From Oscillospiraceae bacterium (GTDB taxonomy: Bacteria > Bacillota > Clostridia > Oscillospirales > Oscillospiraceae): 64,000 bases of DNA. Position 1 is the first letter of the stretch, and the number at the start of each line of letters is the position of its first letter. The notes beneath the pieces were generated by a model. That model was not told where the DNA came from and made no database searches. It was given only the letters and a program-made list of their open reading frames with translations. The DNA lies in assembly GCA_050253535.1 (NCBI GenBank), contig JBFWIW010000005.1, positions 837 through 64,836 on the forward strand, given 5' to 3'. Shown piece after piece: positions 56,404-64,000 of this stretch. The position numbers and the translations under genes are program-made.

Positions 56404-57672
56404 TCATTCCTGATATACGATTTTTCCGGCGGCTATTGTCATTTTGCAGCGGCCTGTCACCGGTTTACCCGCAAAGGGCGTGGCTTTACCCTGTGACGAA
56501 AATTCCGCGGGGTCTATCGTGAAGCGTTCGTTCAGCTCAAAGACCGAAATGTCCGCAGGCATCCCGGCCTCTATGCCGGAAGGGATGCCGAACCGGGCGG
56601 CGGGTTTTACGCTCATAAGGTCTATGAGTTTTTCAAGGCTGATGATGTTCTTCAGCACCAGCTCTGTATAGAGGACGGGGAACGCTGTTTCAAGCCCGAC
56701 TATGCCCATCATGCTGCCTTTGAGACCGCCTGACTTCTCCTCCGCCGAGTGCGGCGCGTGGTCTGTGGCTATCATGTCTATCGTGCCGTCTTTTATGCCC
56801 GCTATGAGGGCATCGCGGTCGTCGTCAGATCGAATCGGTGGGTTCATTTTAAAAGCGCCGTCGTCGCGAAGCTGTAAATCGCTTAAAACCAGATAGTGCG
56901 GGGCCGTCTCGCATGTGATATCGAGCCCATCGGCCTTGGCTCGCCTTATAAGCGCGACGCTCTCCTTCGCCGAGACATGGCAGACGTGATAGGAACAGCC
57001 GGTTTTTCGTAAAAGCGCGATGTCACGCTCTACCTGCCGCCACTCGCTCTCGGAGGGTATGCCGACAAGACCGTGGGACGCGGCGTAATACCCCTCGTGC
57101 ACGCAGCCGCCCTTTTTGAGACAACTGTTGTCCTCGCAGTGGGCAGTAATTATTTTGCCGAGCTGTTTTGCTTTGTACATGGCGGATTCCATAACCGAGC
57201 CATTCTGCACGCCCCTGCCGTCGTCCGAAAAGCCTGCGACGCGGTCAGCCATGGCCTCAAGGCCAGCGAGTTTTTCCCCAGCCTCGCCTGCCGTTATGGA
57301 ACCATAGGGGACGACGCGGATTTGAGCGTCGCGCGCGATGACATCGAGCTCAATTTTCAGGGTATCAATGCTGTCGGGAACGGGGTTTAGATTGGGCATA
57401 GCGCAGACAGTCGTATAACCGCCGCGGGCCGCCGCCTTCGTACCTGTTTTTATGGTCTCTTTATAAGAAAAACCCGGCTCTCTGAGATGTACATGGACAT
57501 CTGTGAGACCGGGAACAACACAAGCATTATTAAAATCGAGAACAGCAACGCCGGGAATACGGGGAAATTCGGAAATTGGGAAAATATCAGCAACAAGGCC
57601 ATCCCTGACAAAAACGGCGGCGGGGGTGAACCTGTCTTTTATAAACACGTTCGGAGACGTTATAACGAACAT
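56404..57672 (-). CDS. pyrC: Dihydroorotase
   Basis: About 422-aa ORF with the DVHVHLREPG metal-binding motif. ATG 57672 (TTG 57675 also possible) after GAGGGAGG. Confidence 0.9.
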   Translation of the reverse strand: MFVITSPNVFIKDRFTPAAVFVRDGLVADIFPISEFPRIPGVAVLDFNNACVVPGLTDVHVHLREPGFSYKETIKTGTKAAARGGYTTVCAMPNLNPVPDSIDTLKIELDVIARDAQIRVVPYGSITAGEAGEKLAGLEAMADRVAGFSDDGRGVQNGSVMESAMYKAKQLGKIITAHCEDNSCLKKGGCVHEGYYAASHGLVGIPSESEWRQVERDIALLRKTGCSYHVCHVSAKESVALIRRAKADGLDITCETAPHYLVLSDLQLRDDGAFKMNPPIRSDDDRDALIAGIKDGTIDMIATDHAPHSAEEKSGGLKGSMMGIVGLETAFPVLYTELVLKNIISLEKLIDLMSVKPAARFGIPSGIEAGMPADISVFELNERFTIDPAEFSSQGKATPFAGKPVTGRCKMTIAAGKIVYQE

Positions 57673-57709
57673 CAAAGCACACGGCCTCCCTCATCACATA
57701 TTTCGAATA

Positions 57710-57738
57710 ATTATAATATTATAAGCCCGGCTTGTCAA
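57710..57738 (-). promoter_or_regulatory. Consensus sigma-A promoter of the pyr operon
   Basis: Minus strand reads TTGACA, 17-nt spacer, TATAAT exactly. The leader to pyrC is only about 30 nt. Confidence 0.75.
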
Positions 57739-57804
57739 CCGGCCATTTAACCAAATGTTTCGGATGCTTTTCGTATATTATATGTTTTACGTATAAACAC
57801 AGCT

Positions 57805-57829
57805 GTGCGCCGGAAAGATTCCGGCGCAC
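57805..57829 (-). terminator. Hairpin after the PfkB kinase gene
   Basis: GTGCGCCGGA-aagat-TCCGGCGCAC 10-bp stem. Only a partial U-tract on the minus strand. Confidence 0.5.
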
Positions 57830-57841
57830 CTGCCGCGGTAT

Positions 57842-58801
57842 TTACTTGCCGGCGGCAAGCATTTTAATAACTGACTCAGGCTTCGGCATGGCGGGTATGG
57901 CACCGCGCCCCATAACACAGCAAGCGGCGGTTGCGTTCCCGTATTCCGCACATGAGACGACTTGGCCCATCGTAAGCCCGGACGGCGCTTTGCCGTAACT
58001 CAAAAACCGCGCGAGAAATCCGCCCCAGAATGCGTCGCCCGCGCCGGTCGCGTCCACGCATCTGACGTTGTGACCGGGGACGACCATAGTCTCTCCCCGG
58101 TACCTCACGGCGCAGCCGTCTTTGCCGAGTGTGGCCGCGGCGATGACTACTCCCTGTTTCTCGACTGCCGCGAGCGCGCGGCCAATGCCGGTTTCACCGG
58201 TGAGAAGCACAGACTCCTCGTCTGAGAATTTCATAACGTCCGCCACTGGGACGAGCGACCGCATGAAGTGTTCGGCTTCCGCCACGCTCCCCCACAGTGA
58301 AGCGCGGTAGTTGGGGTCATAGGAGATTAGCGCGCCGTGCTCTTTGGCTATGCGCACGGCCTCGTATGTCGAGTAGCGGGACGGTTCGTGCGTCAGGGAA
58401 AGCGAGCCAACGTGCAGGACACGCGTATTTGACAAAATATCCGCATTGAGTTCTTTAGCCTCAAAGCAAGTGTCCGCGCCGGGCTTCCTCGCAAACGAAA
58501 ACACGCGGTCCCCGCCCGGCTTAATGGCAACGAATGCGAGGGTCGTGAAAACTTCCGGGGAGAGGACGAGCCCTTTTGTGCATACGCCGTTTTCATCGAG
58601 CGTCTTTTTCAAAAACTCCCCGTGCATATCGCGGCCGACCTTGCCGATAAAGGCGGTCTTCATCCCCATGGGCGCCGCGGCACAGAGGACGTTGCAAACC
58701 GCCCCGCCTGGGTTTTGTTCGAAGAGACGGTTTCCGCCCTCCGACACGCCGTATTCAGTAAAATCTATCAGCAGTTCGCCGAATGCCGTAATATCGTACA
58801 T
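57842..58801 (-). CDS. PfkB-family carbohydrate kinase (fructokinase/KDG-kinase-like)
   Basis: Trimmed to ATG 58801 (MYDITAFGELLIDF...). C-terminal DATGAGDAFWGGF signature. Confidence 0.85.
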   Translation of the reverse strand: MYDITAFGELLIDFTEYGVSEGGNRLFEQNPGGAVCNVLCAAAPMGMKTAFIGKVGRDMHGEFLKKTLDENGVCTKGLVLSPEVFTTLAFVAIKPGGDRVFSFARKPGADTCFEAKELNADILSNTRVLHVGSLSLTHEPSRYSTYEAVRIAKEHGALISYDPNYRASLWGSVAEAEHFMRSLVPVADVMKFSDEESVLLTGETGIGRALAAVEKQGVVIAAATLGKDGCAVRYRGETMVVPGHNVRCVDATGAGDAFWGGFLARFLSYGKAPSGLTMGQVVSCAEYGNATAACCVMGRGAIPAMPKPESVIKMLAAGK

Positions 58802-58848
58802 AGCTTTTCTCCGATATTTCTTTTTGTGAGCCGGGACAGATTCGTCCG

Positions 58849-59469
58849 TCACCTGACGTAGTTAAACCTTACTTTGGCTTCTGGGACGGGCCCATCAAGC
58901 CCTGCTTTTTTGCCGGCTTCGATGCACTTCAAAAGCCAGGCCATATTATGCCCGAGTATGCGCATGGTCTGCACGCCCTCCAGATCCTTATAGACGTCTT
59001 CCGCTTTCACACCGTGCACCATGTTCCAATAGTTAGACGATATGACCGGCATGCTGGCGTAGGCCACATATTTGTTGAGCTGGTCCAAGGCGGCGCTGGC
59101 CCCGCCGCGGCGGCAGCTCACAATACAGGCACCCGGTTTCCCGTAAACAAGGGAACCCGCGGCATAGAAAAAACGGTCGAGAAACGCGGTTATCGTACCG
59201 GAGGCGGAGGCGTAGTGGACAGGGGAGCCAAATATATAGGCGTCTGCCGTCTCCGCCTTTGCGATGACTGAATTCGTCACGTCGTCATCAAAAACGCAGC
59301 GGTTATTCTTACAGGTGCCGCAGCCGCAGCAGCCTCTTATCGGGGCTGTGCCCAGCCATACGATTTCGCTTTCAACGCCGTTTTTACCCAACTCTTCTGC
59401 GATGATGGAAAGCGCTGCGTTTGTGCATCCGTTTTTGTGCGGACCTCCGTTTATCATTAAGACCTTCAT
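58849..59469 (-). CDS. Iron-sulfur flavoprotein / NADPH-dependent FMN reductase family
   Basis: MKVLMINGGPHKNG flavodoxin-like start and a compact CX2CX2CX4C motif (CCGCGTCKNNRC). Confidence 0.75.
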   Translation of the reverse strand: MKVLMINGGPHKNGCTNAALSIIAEELGKNGVESEIVWLGTAPIRGCCGCGTCKNNRCVFDDDVTNSVIAKAETADAYIFGSPVHYASASGTITAFLDRFFYAAGSLVYGKPGACIVSCRRGGASAALDQLNKYVAYASMPVISSNYWNMVHGVKAEDVYKDLEGVQTMRILGHNMAWLLKCIEAGKKAGLDGPVPEAKVRFNYVR

Positions 59470-59492
59470 AACCATTCTCCTTTATTTAAATT

Positions 59493-60659
59493 CTAATTTA
59501 AACATATTTTTTTCGCGCTGAAATAATCCTCAATATCGCGCCTTTTTGAAGAGACACTGCCCTGTATCATCTCAGGTCTGCCGCCGCCGCGCCCTGAGAG
59601 CGCTGCGTTTATCTTCTTTGAAGCCGTTCGCATATCGGTGTTCCGGCTGCCCATAACGTACTGATATCCCGCCTCGTCGCTGCCGGAGAAGGCGGCGCAG
59701 ATACCGGTGCAGAGTGCCATGCCGGCGTTTACGACGCGGCGCAGCTGATTTGTGTCGAAATCCTGTTCAAAGACGCAGATATTGCCGCCGGTTTGGGTGA
59801 GGGAACCTATGCGGATATCGGCAAGATGTGTTTTGAGTTCGGCGATGCTGCGCTTGTTCTCCTCATTCTCGTCATACAGCCGCTTTACCGCGGCGTCCGT
59901 TTCGTCCGGTTTTGCCGAGAGGAGCGCGGATATGGCGGAATTTGTGCCGCACTTTTTTCGGTAATCGTCCAGAGCGTCCAGCCCGCACAGGACAGAGACC
60001 CGCACGCCACCGTCATGCCTTATGGCGTCCAGTATTTTGATGATGCCAACCTCTCCTGTGCGCTTTACATGCGGCGCGCAGCAGGCGCAGACATCCGTAT
60101 CCTCAATCGTCACTATCCGAACGTTTTCAGTGAGATCCAGTTTGCTGCGGTATTCGAGTTTTTTAAGTTCGCCGGGCGATGGGAACAAGGTCGTGACGGA
60201 AAGATTTTTGGCTACAGCCTCGTTTGCCAGCGTCTCGATTTTTAAAAGCTCGTCCTTTCCCAGATATCCGTCGAAATCAATTGTCACTTCGCTGTGTCCC
60301 ATGTGGAAGCCGACGTTATTGAACCCATACAGCCTGTTGACGAGGCCTGAGACGATGTGCTCTCCTGAGTGGTTCTGCATTCGTCGTAAACGGGTATCGC
60401 GGTCTATGCTGCACTTTACAGCAGAGCCGACCGGGAGCGGGGAGCGCAAAATATGAAAGATGTTCCCGCTTTCTTCCTGCACACTAATAGCCGGCATGCC
60501 GGCTATTTCGCCGCCGTCGGGTTCCTGTCCGCCGCCGCCAGGAAAAAAGGCGGTTTTGTCCAGTTTTATGGCGAAGCCGCCATTAGTTTTTTCACAGGAT
60601 AAGACCGAAGCCTCAAATTCACATATATGTGAATCCTCGTAATATAGTCGTTTTGTCAT
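59493..60659 (-). CDS. AlaX-L type alanyl-tRNA editing protein
   Basis: HSGEHIVSG (HxxxH) and CCAPHV (CxxxH) zinc motifs, plus a C-terminal DHHA1-like GGGRPEM. Confidence 0.8.
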   Translation of the reverse strand: MTKRLYYEDSHICEFEASVLSCEKTNGGFAIKLDKTAFFPGGGGQEPDGGEIAGMPAISVQEESGNIFHILRSPLPVGSAVKCSIDRDTRLRRMQNHSGEHIVSGLVNRLYGFNNVGFHMGHSEVTIDFDGYLGKDELLKIETLANEAVAKNLSVTTLFPSPGELKKLEYRSKLDLTENVRIVTIEDTDVCACCAPHVKRTGEVGIIKILDAIRHDGGVRVSVLCGLDALDDYRKKCGTNSAISALLSAKPDETDAAVKRLYDENEENKRSIAELKTHLADIRIGSLTQTGGNICVFEQDFDTNQLRRVVNAGMALCTGICAAFSGSDEAGYQYVMGSRNTDMRTASKKINAALSGRGGGRPEMIQGSVSSKRRDIEDYFSAKKICLN

Positions 60660-60687
60660 GTTATCTCTCCAAGATATTGATATAAGG

Positions 60688-60716
60688 ATTATACCTCAAA
60701 GGGGCCGCATTTTCAA
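60688..60716 (-). promoter_or_regulatory. Candidate promoter of the AlaX-Isf-PfkB block
   Basis: Minus strand reads TTGAAA, 17-nt spacer, TATAAT. Confidence 0.55.
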
Positions 60717-60820
60717 ATAAAACCGGATAGAGTATGGGCGTTAATATTGACAAGCATTCGCATCAGGTGTTACCCTATATAAGGAAGAATTCGCTTCTCA
60801 TAATCTTAAGGAGAAAAGTT

Positions 60821-62080
60821 ATGCACGCTATAGAAAAGATACTTGCGAGAAAGAGCGGAAAAGATACGGTAAGTTCCGGCGAGATCGTCATGGCCAGAAT
60901 AGATTTCGCCGAGGTGAACGACCTCTATCTGCAGACGATATACTCGTTTTACGAGATGAACGGCGACAAAGTCTGGGATCCGGAGCGGCTTGCGTTTGTA
61001 TTCGACCACTACGCGCCGGCTTCCACGATTAAGGCAGCGCAAAACCATGTGGAAATGCGCCGGTTTGCCAAAGATCAGGGGCTCACGCACCACTTTGATA
61101 TAAACACCGGCGTCTGCCATCAGGTAATGGCGGAGGCAGGCGTCGTCCTTCCGGGCGACATAATAGTTGCGACTGATTCGCACACGACGACGCATGGGGC
61201 GTTCGGCGCACTGGGTACGGGTGTCGGCGCTACCGACATGGCCACGATAATGATATCGGGCGAAATGTGGATGCGCGTTCCCGAAATAGTAGAGATAAGG
61301 CTGGAGGGAGAGCCTCAGCCGGGCGTTCTGCCGAAGGATGTCGTTCTGTATATTCTGGGGAAGATGAAGGCGGACGGAGCCGTTTACAAGGCAATAGACT
61401 TTACGGGAAGCTATGTGGAGAAGCTCGGCGTCGCCGGGAGAATGGTTATCTGCAACATGGCGGTTGAGATGGGGGCGAAGACCTCCTACATGCGGCCGAA
61501 CGAGGCTGTCCTCGAATATGTCGCAAAGAGGGCCGACAGACCCTACGAGCCGCAGTACACGGATACCGGTTATGAGTATCCGGAGAGTTACGTTTTTGAC
61601 GTGTCGGCGCTCTCCCCGCAGGTCGCGGCCCCGCACAGCGTGGACAACGTAATCCCGATCGGGGAGGCGCCGAAGGTGAAGGTCGACCAATGCTTTGTCG
61701 GAACCTGCACCGGCGGGCGCATAGAGGATATAAAGATGGCGGCGGACATAGTCCGCGGCAGGCATATAGCGGACGGCGTTCGTTTTCTCGTAATCCCGGC
61801 GTCCTCTGAGATAATGATGGAGGCTATGGAACTCGGCTATCTGCAGGACTGTATTAACGCGGGCGCAACAATATCCACACCTGGCTGCGGCCCGTGTCTA
61901 TCCGCGCACGAGGGCGTTCTGGCTCCCGGCGAAGTCTGTGTCACGGCGTCTAACCGCAATTTCCCGGGACGCATGGGCAGCAACAAGGCCGAGATATATC
62001 TGGCATCCCCGGCGACTGTCGCGGCCTCCGCGCTTAAAGGATACCTTACCGATCCCAGAGAAGTGATAAAGGAGGCATGA
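60821..62080 (+). CDS. leuC: Aconitase-family dehydratase large subunit (3-isopropylmalate dehydratase LeuC type, short form)
   Basis: Trimmed to ATG 60821 after AAGGAG. Motifs ATDSHTTTHGA, GTCTGGR and TPGCGPC. Homoaconitase or citramalate-pathway roles cannot be excluded. Confidence 0.8.
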   Translation: MHAIEKILARKSGKDTVSSGEIVMARIDFAEVNDLYLQTIYSFYEMNGDKVWDPERLAFVFDHYAPASTIKAAQNHVEMRRFAKDQGLTHHFDINTGVCHQVMAEAGVVLPGDIIVATDSHTTTHGAFGALGTGVGATDMATIMISGEMWMRVPEIVEIRLEGEPQPGVLPKDVVLYILGKMKADGAVYKAIDFTGSYVEKLGVAGRMVICNMAVEMGAKTSYMRPNEAVLEYVAKRADRPYEPQYTDTGYEYPESYVFDVSALSPQVAAPHSVDNVIPIGEAPKVKVDQCFVGTCTGGRIEDIKMAADIVRGRHIADGVRFLVIPASSEIMMEAMELGYLQDCINAGATISTPGCGPCLSAHEGVLAPGEVCVTASNRNFPGRMGSNKAEIYLASPATVAASALKGYLTDPREVIKEA

Positions 62081-62086
62081 GCGGGG

Positions 62087-62587
62087 ATGGAGACGAAAAT
62101 AAAGGGAAAAGTTATAGTTCTGGGCAATAACATCGACACCGATCAAATATATCCGGGGAGATTTCTGGACATAGTGGAACCGAAGGAGATCGGCTCCCAC
62201 TGTCTCGCGGGCGTGAGCGAGGAGATAGCGAAAAACTTTAAAAAGGGAGACATCGTCGTAGCGGGGACAAATTTCGGCTGCGGCTCGAGCCGCGAACACG
62301 CGCCGATAGCGCTTCTCAATATGGGGGCGTCGGCCGTCGTCGCGGACTCGTTCGCGCGGATATTTTTCAGAAACGCTATTAATCTTGGTCTGCCTCCGGT
62401 TGTCTGCAAGGGAATAAGCCAAAAGCTCAGTGACGGTGACGAGATAGAGATAGATTTAATAGAGGGTAAAATTACGATAACGGTGACGGGGGAGACCTTA
62501 TCCTGCGATAAGATAGGTGATTATGCCATGTCGATACTCGAAGCAGGAGGCATAAAACCACTCTTTCGCGCAAGAACCAAAAAATGA
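62087..62587 (+). CDS. leuD: Aconitase-family dehydratase small subunit (LeuD type)
   Basis: 166-aa ORF with GTNFGCGSSREHA, 6 nt after the large subunit. Confidence 0.8.
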   Translation: METKIKGKVIVLGNNIDTDQIYPGRFLDIVEPKEIGSHCLAGVSEEIAKNFKKGDIVVAGTNFGCGSSREHAPIALLNMGASAVVADSFARIFFRNAINLGLPPVVCKGISQKLSDGDEIEIDLIEGKITITVTGETLSCDKIGDYAMSILEAGGIKPLFRARTKK

Positions 62588-62631
62588 GACATTGCGCCGG
62601 CCCGGCGTACCATACATTGAGGGGTGAAAAC

Positions 62632-63423
62632 ATGATAACTATAAACAAAGAAAAATGTGCCGCCTGCGGCAAGTGCGTGGCGGTATGCCCGACAAGAAAT
62701 ATCAGGATGGTGGACGGCAGAGCTTACTGGAATCCGAAAAGACGCTGTATCGAATGCCTCCACTGCGCCGCAATCTGCAATTTCGGAGCCGTGGAACGCG
62801 AGGGAAAACCCGCGCTTGTTGCCAGAGGCCTTCCTAAAACCGCGGAAAATGTCGCACAGGATCTGGAAGCTGTTTTGTATTCACGCCGATCTTATAGGAG
62901 CTTTTCACAGAAGCCGGTCGACAGAGAACTTCTGGAGCATGCACTCGAGATTTCAAAGTGGGCCCCAAGCGCCAAGAACGAGCACCCGGTGAAATGGGTG
63001 GTCGTAGCTGGGCGCGGCGCGGTAGACCGCGTTATGGGGCTCATTCTCGACTATGTCCGTGAGACTGGCAACGCCCCAGAGATAGCTAAGAGATACGACG
63101 CGGGGTATAATATGGTTACCGGCACGGCCGTGACTCTCCTTGTGGGTTACGCCGGAACGGATGCGTATAACCCGATGGCAGACACAGCGCTCGCCATCGA
63201 TTATGCTGAGCTTGTATTGCAGGCGAACGGCATCGGCTCATGCTGGGGAGGATACCTCACAAGAATGGTGAACACAATTCCCGAACTCTCCGCAATGTTT
63301 GGCATAGGAGAGGGCGAAAAGGCCTATGGCGCTCTGATGCTGGGCTATCCCGAGGGCGAGGAGTATGTTAATATACCAAACAGGGTATATGATAATTCCA
63401 TAAGATGGGTGGCGGAAGACTGA
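62632..63423 (+). CDS. Nitroreductase-family protein with N-terminal 2x[4Fe-4S] ferredoxin domain
   Basis: Trimmed to ATG 62632. CAACGKCVAVCP and CIECLHCAAIC motifs, then a nitroreductase-like body (RRSYRSF...APSAKNEHP). Confidence 0.75.
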   Translation: MITINKEKCAACGKCVAVCPTRNIRMVDGRAYWNPKRRCIECLHCAAICNFGAVEREGKPALVARGLPKTAENVAQDLEAVLYSRRSYRSFSQKPVDRELLEHALEISKWAPSAKNEHPVKWVVVAGRGAVDRVMGLILDYVRETGNAPEIAKRYDAGYNMVTGTAVTLLVGYAGTDAYNPMADTALAIDYAELVLQANGIGSCWGGYLTRMVNTIPELSAMFGIGEGEKAYGALMLGYPEGEEYVNIPNRVYDNSIRWVAED

Positions 63424-63438
63424 CCCGTTGTGAAGGAG

Positions 63439-63462
63439 CCAATGTGAAATATTTCACATTGG
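63439..63462. promoter_or_regulatory. 24-nt perfect palindrome with TGTGA-N6-TCACA core
   Basis: CCAATGTGAAATATTTCACATTGG is its own reverse complement. 16 nt after the nitroreductase stop and about 115 nt upstream of the next ATG. No U-tract follows. Confidence 0.5.
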
Positions 63463-63576
63463 TAAATAATGTCCCTTATTTCGTGGCTTGTGCGTTAACC
63501 GAAAATGACGGATAATACTCCCCGAGCGGGGGAAACATTCATGTCGATTTATGCGCGTCAGCGCATGGGAGGTTTT

Positions 63577-64000
63577 ATGCTTTTTACGGATTTCAGCAGC
63601 AAAGATTTTTCAGAGCGCCTCGCATCAAAAGACCCGGTTCCCGGGGGGGGAGGCGCTTCCGCAATGGTGGGCGCCCTTGGTACTGCTCTCGGCACGATGG
63701 TGGGTAACCTCACCGTCGGAAAGAAGAAGTATAAAGACGTCGAGGCGGACGTTTTGGCGGTTATGGAAAAGACCGAAGCTCTCCGCACAAGGCTCCTGGA
63801 GCTCGTCGACGGGGACGCTGAGGTATTCGAGCCGCTGTCAAAGGCCTATGGGATACCAAAGGAGGATCCAACGAGGGAGGCGGTTATGGAGAGTGCCCTG
63901 CGGCTCGCCGTTTCCGTGCCGCTTGAGATAATGGCGTGCTGCTGTCGTGCTGTTGAGCTGCATGAGGAACTCTGCGAAAAGGGGAGCCTCATCGCGCTTT
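63577..64000 (+). CDS. Cyclodeaminase/cyclohydrolase-family protein (FtcD C-domain / FchA-like), 5' part
   Basis: Not in track (no stop in window). My translation from ATG 63577 after GGAGG reads MLFTDFSSKDFSERLASKDPVPGGGGASAMVGALGTALGTMVGNLTVGKKKY..., typical of this family. Confidence 0.7.
   Translation, partial: MLFTDFSSKDFSERLASKDPVPGGGGASAMVGALGTALGTMVGNLTVGKKKYKDVEADVLAVMEKTEALRTRLLELVDGDAEVFEPLSKAYGIPKEDPTREAVMESALRLAVSVPLEIMACCCRAVELHEELCEKGSLIAL

Noticed and set aside
57673-57841. PyrR attenuator upstream of pyrC
   Set aside because: The leader after the consensus promoter is only about 30 nt. No ARUCCAGAGAGG-type loop is present.
60806-61765. 319-aa minus-strand ORF antisense to leuC, and similar long antisense ORFs at 11128-11886, 13928-14665, 38957-39739, 47751-48497 and 49298-50227
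   Set aside because: All are fully embedded opposite strongly supported genes, have Arg/Pro/His-rich unnatural composition and lack ribosome-binding sites. Treated as frame artefacts.
1-64000. tRNA, rRNA, CRISPR arrays, IS elements, integrases, prophage or classic defence genes
   Set aside because: Reading both strands I found no T-loop/acceptor-type tRNA signatures, no rRNA-like conserved blocks, no regularly spaced direct repeats and no transposase-, recombinase- or nuclease-helicase-like ORFs. A profile-based scan (tRNAscan, Infernal, defence-system HMMs) would be needed to be certain.

Overview
Gene-dense, moderately GC-rich chromosomal segment that reads like core genome of a Clostridia-class Firmicute. 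Supporting signs are CIRCE/HrcA heat-shock control, sigma-A type -35/-10 boxes, AGGAGG-type ribosome-binding sites, a pyrK-pyrD type dihydroorotate dehydrogenase and [FeFe]-hydrogenase accessory genes. I support about 70 protein genes in ten alternating strand blocks. I saw no rRNA, tRNA, CRISPR array, transposase, integrase or phage gene. Recognisable content in order: rluA-like (partial), murF, ddl, an EamA transporter, a Crp/Fnr regulator with an ABC importer, then rimP-nusA-ylxR-ylxQ-infB-rbfA-nrnA-truB-ribF. Next come a hydrogenase-linked regulatory cluster facing a NuoE/Fdx/NuoF module, lrgAB, argG-argH, and an xpaC-telA-lemA-TPM-small protein operon. These are followed by rpe, recR, RNase J, an orphan B12-radical SAM gene, rpiB, a PHP histidinol phosphatase, ybaK and hrcA-grpE-dnaK-dnaJ. 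The rest is DUF1015-like plus an acyltransferase, MoxR-DUF58-DUF4129, a TetR regulator, pyrC-K-D-F-E-B-I, AlaX-Isf-PfkB, leuCD-like, a ferredoxin-nitroreductase and a partial cyclodeaminase gene. Most of this is housekeeping. The best candidate for an under-described system is the five-gene cluster at 15247-18417. It combines a PAS-less sensory-type [FeFe] hydrogenase homologue, two DRTGG proteins, a GHKL kinase-like protein and a PHP phosphoesterase, with no recognisable output domain. It faces a flavin-based NuoE/Fdx/NuoF module that lacks an adjacent catalytic HydA. Secondary leads are the five-gene TelA/LemA/TPM operon, a transglutaminase-less MoxR-DUF58-DUF4129 operon, and two structured GC-rich leaders upstream of rpe and recR. 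Further leads are Rex/CRP-like palindromes and an orphan B12-radical SAM enzyme. All family calls come from reading motifs by eye; no database search was possible.
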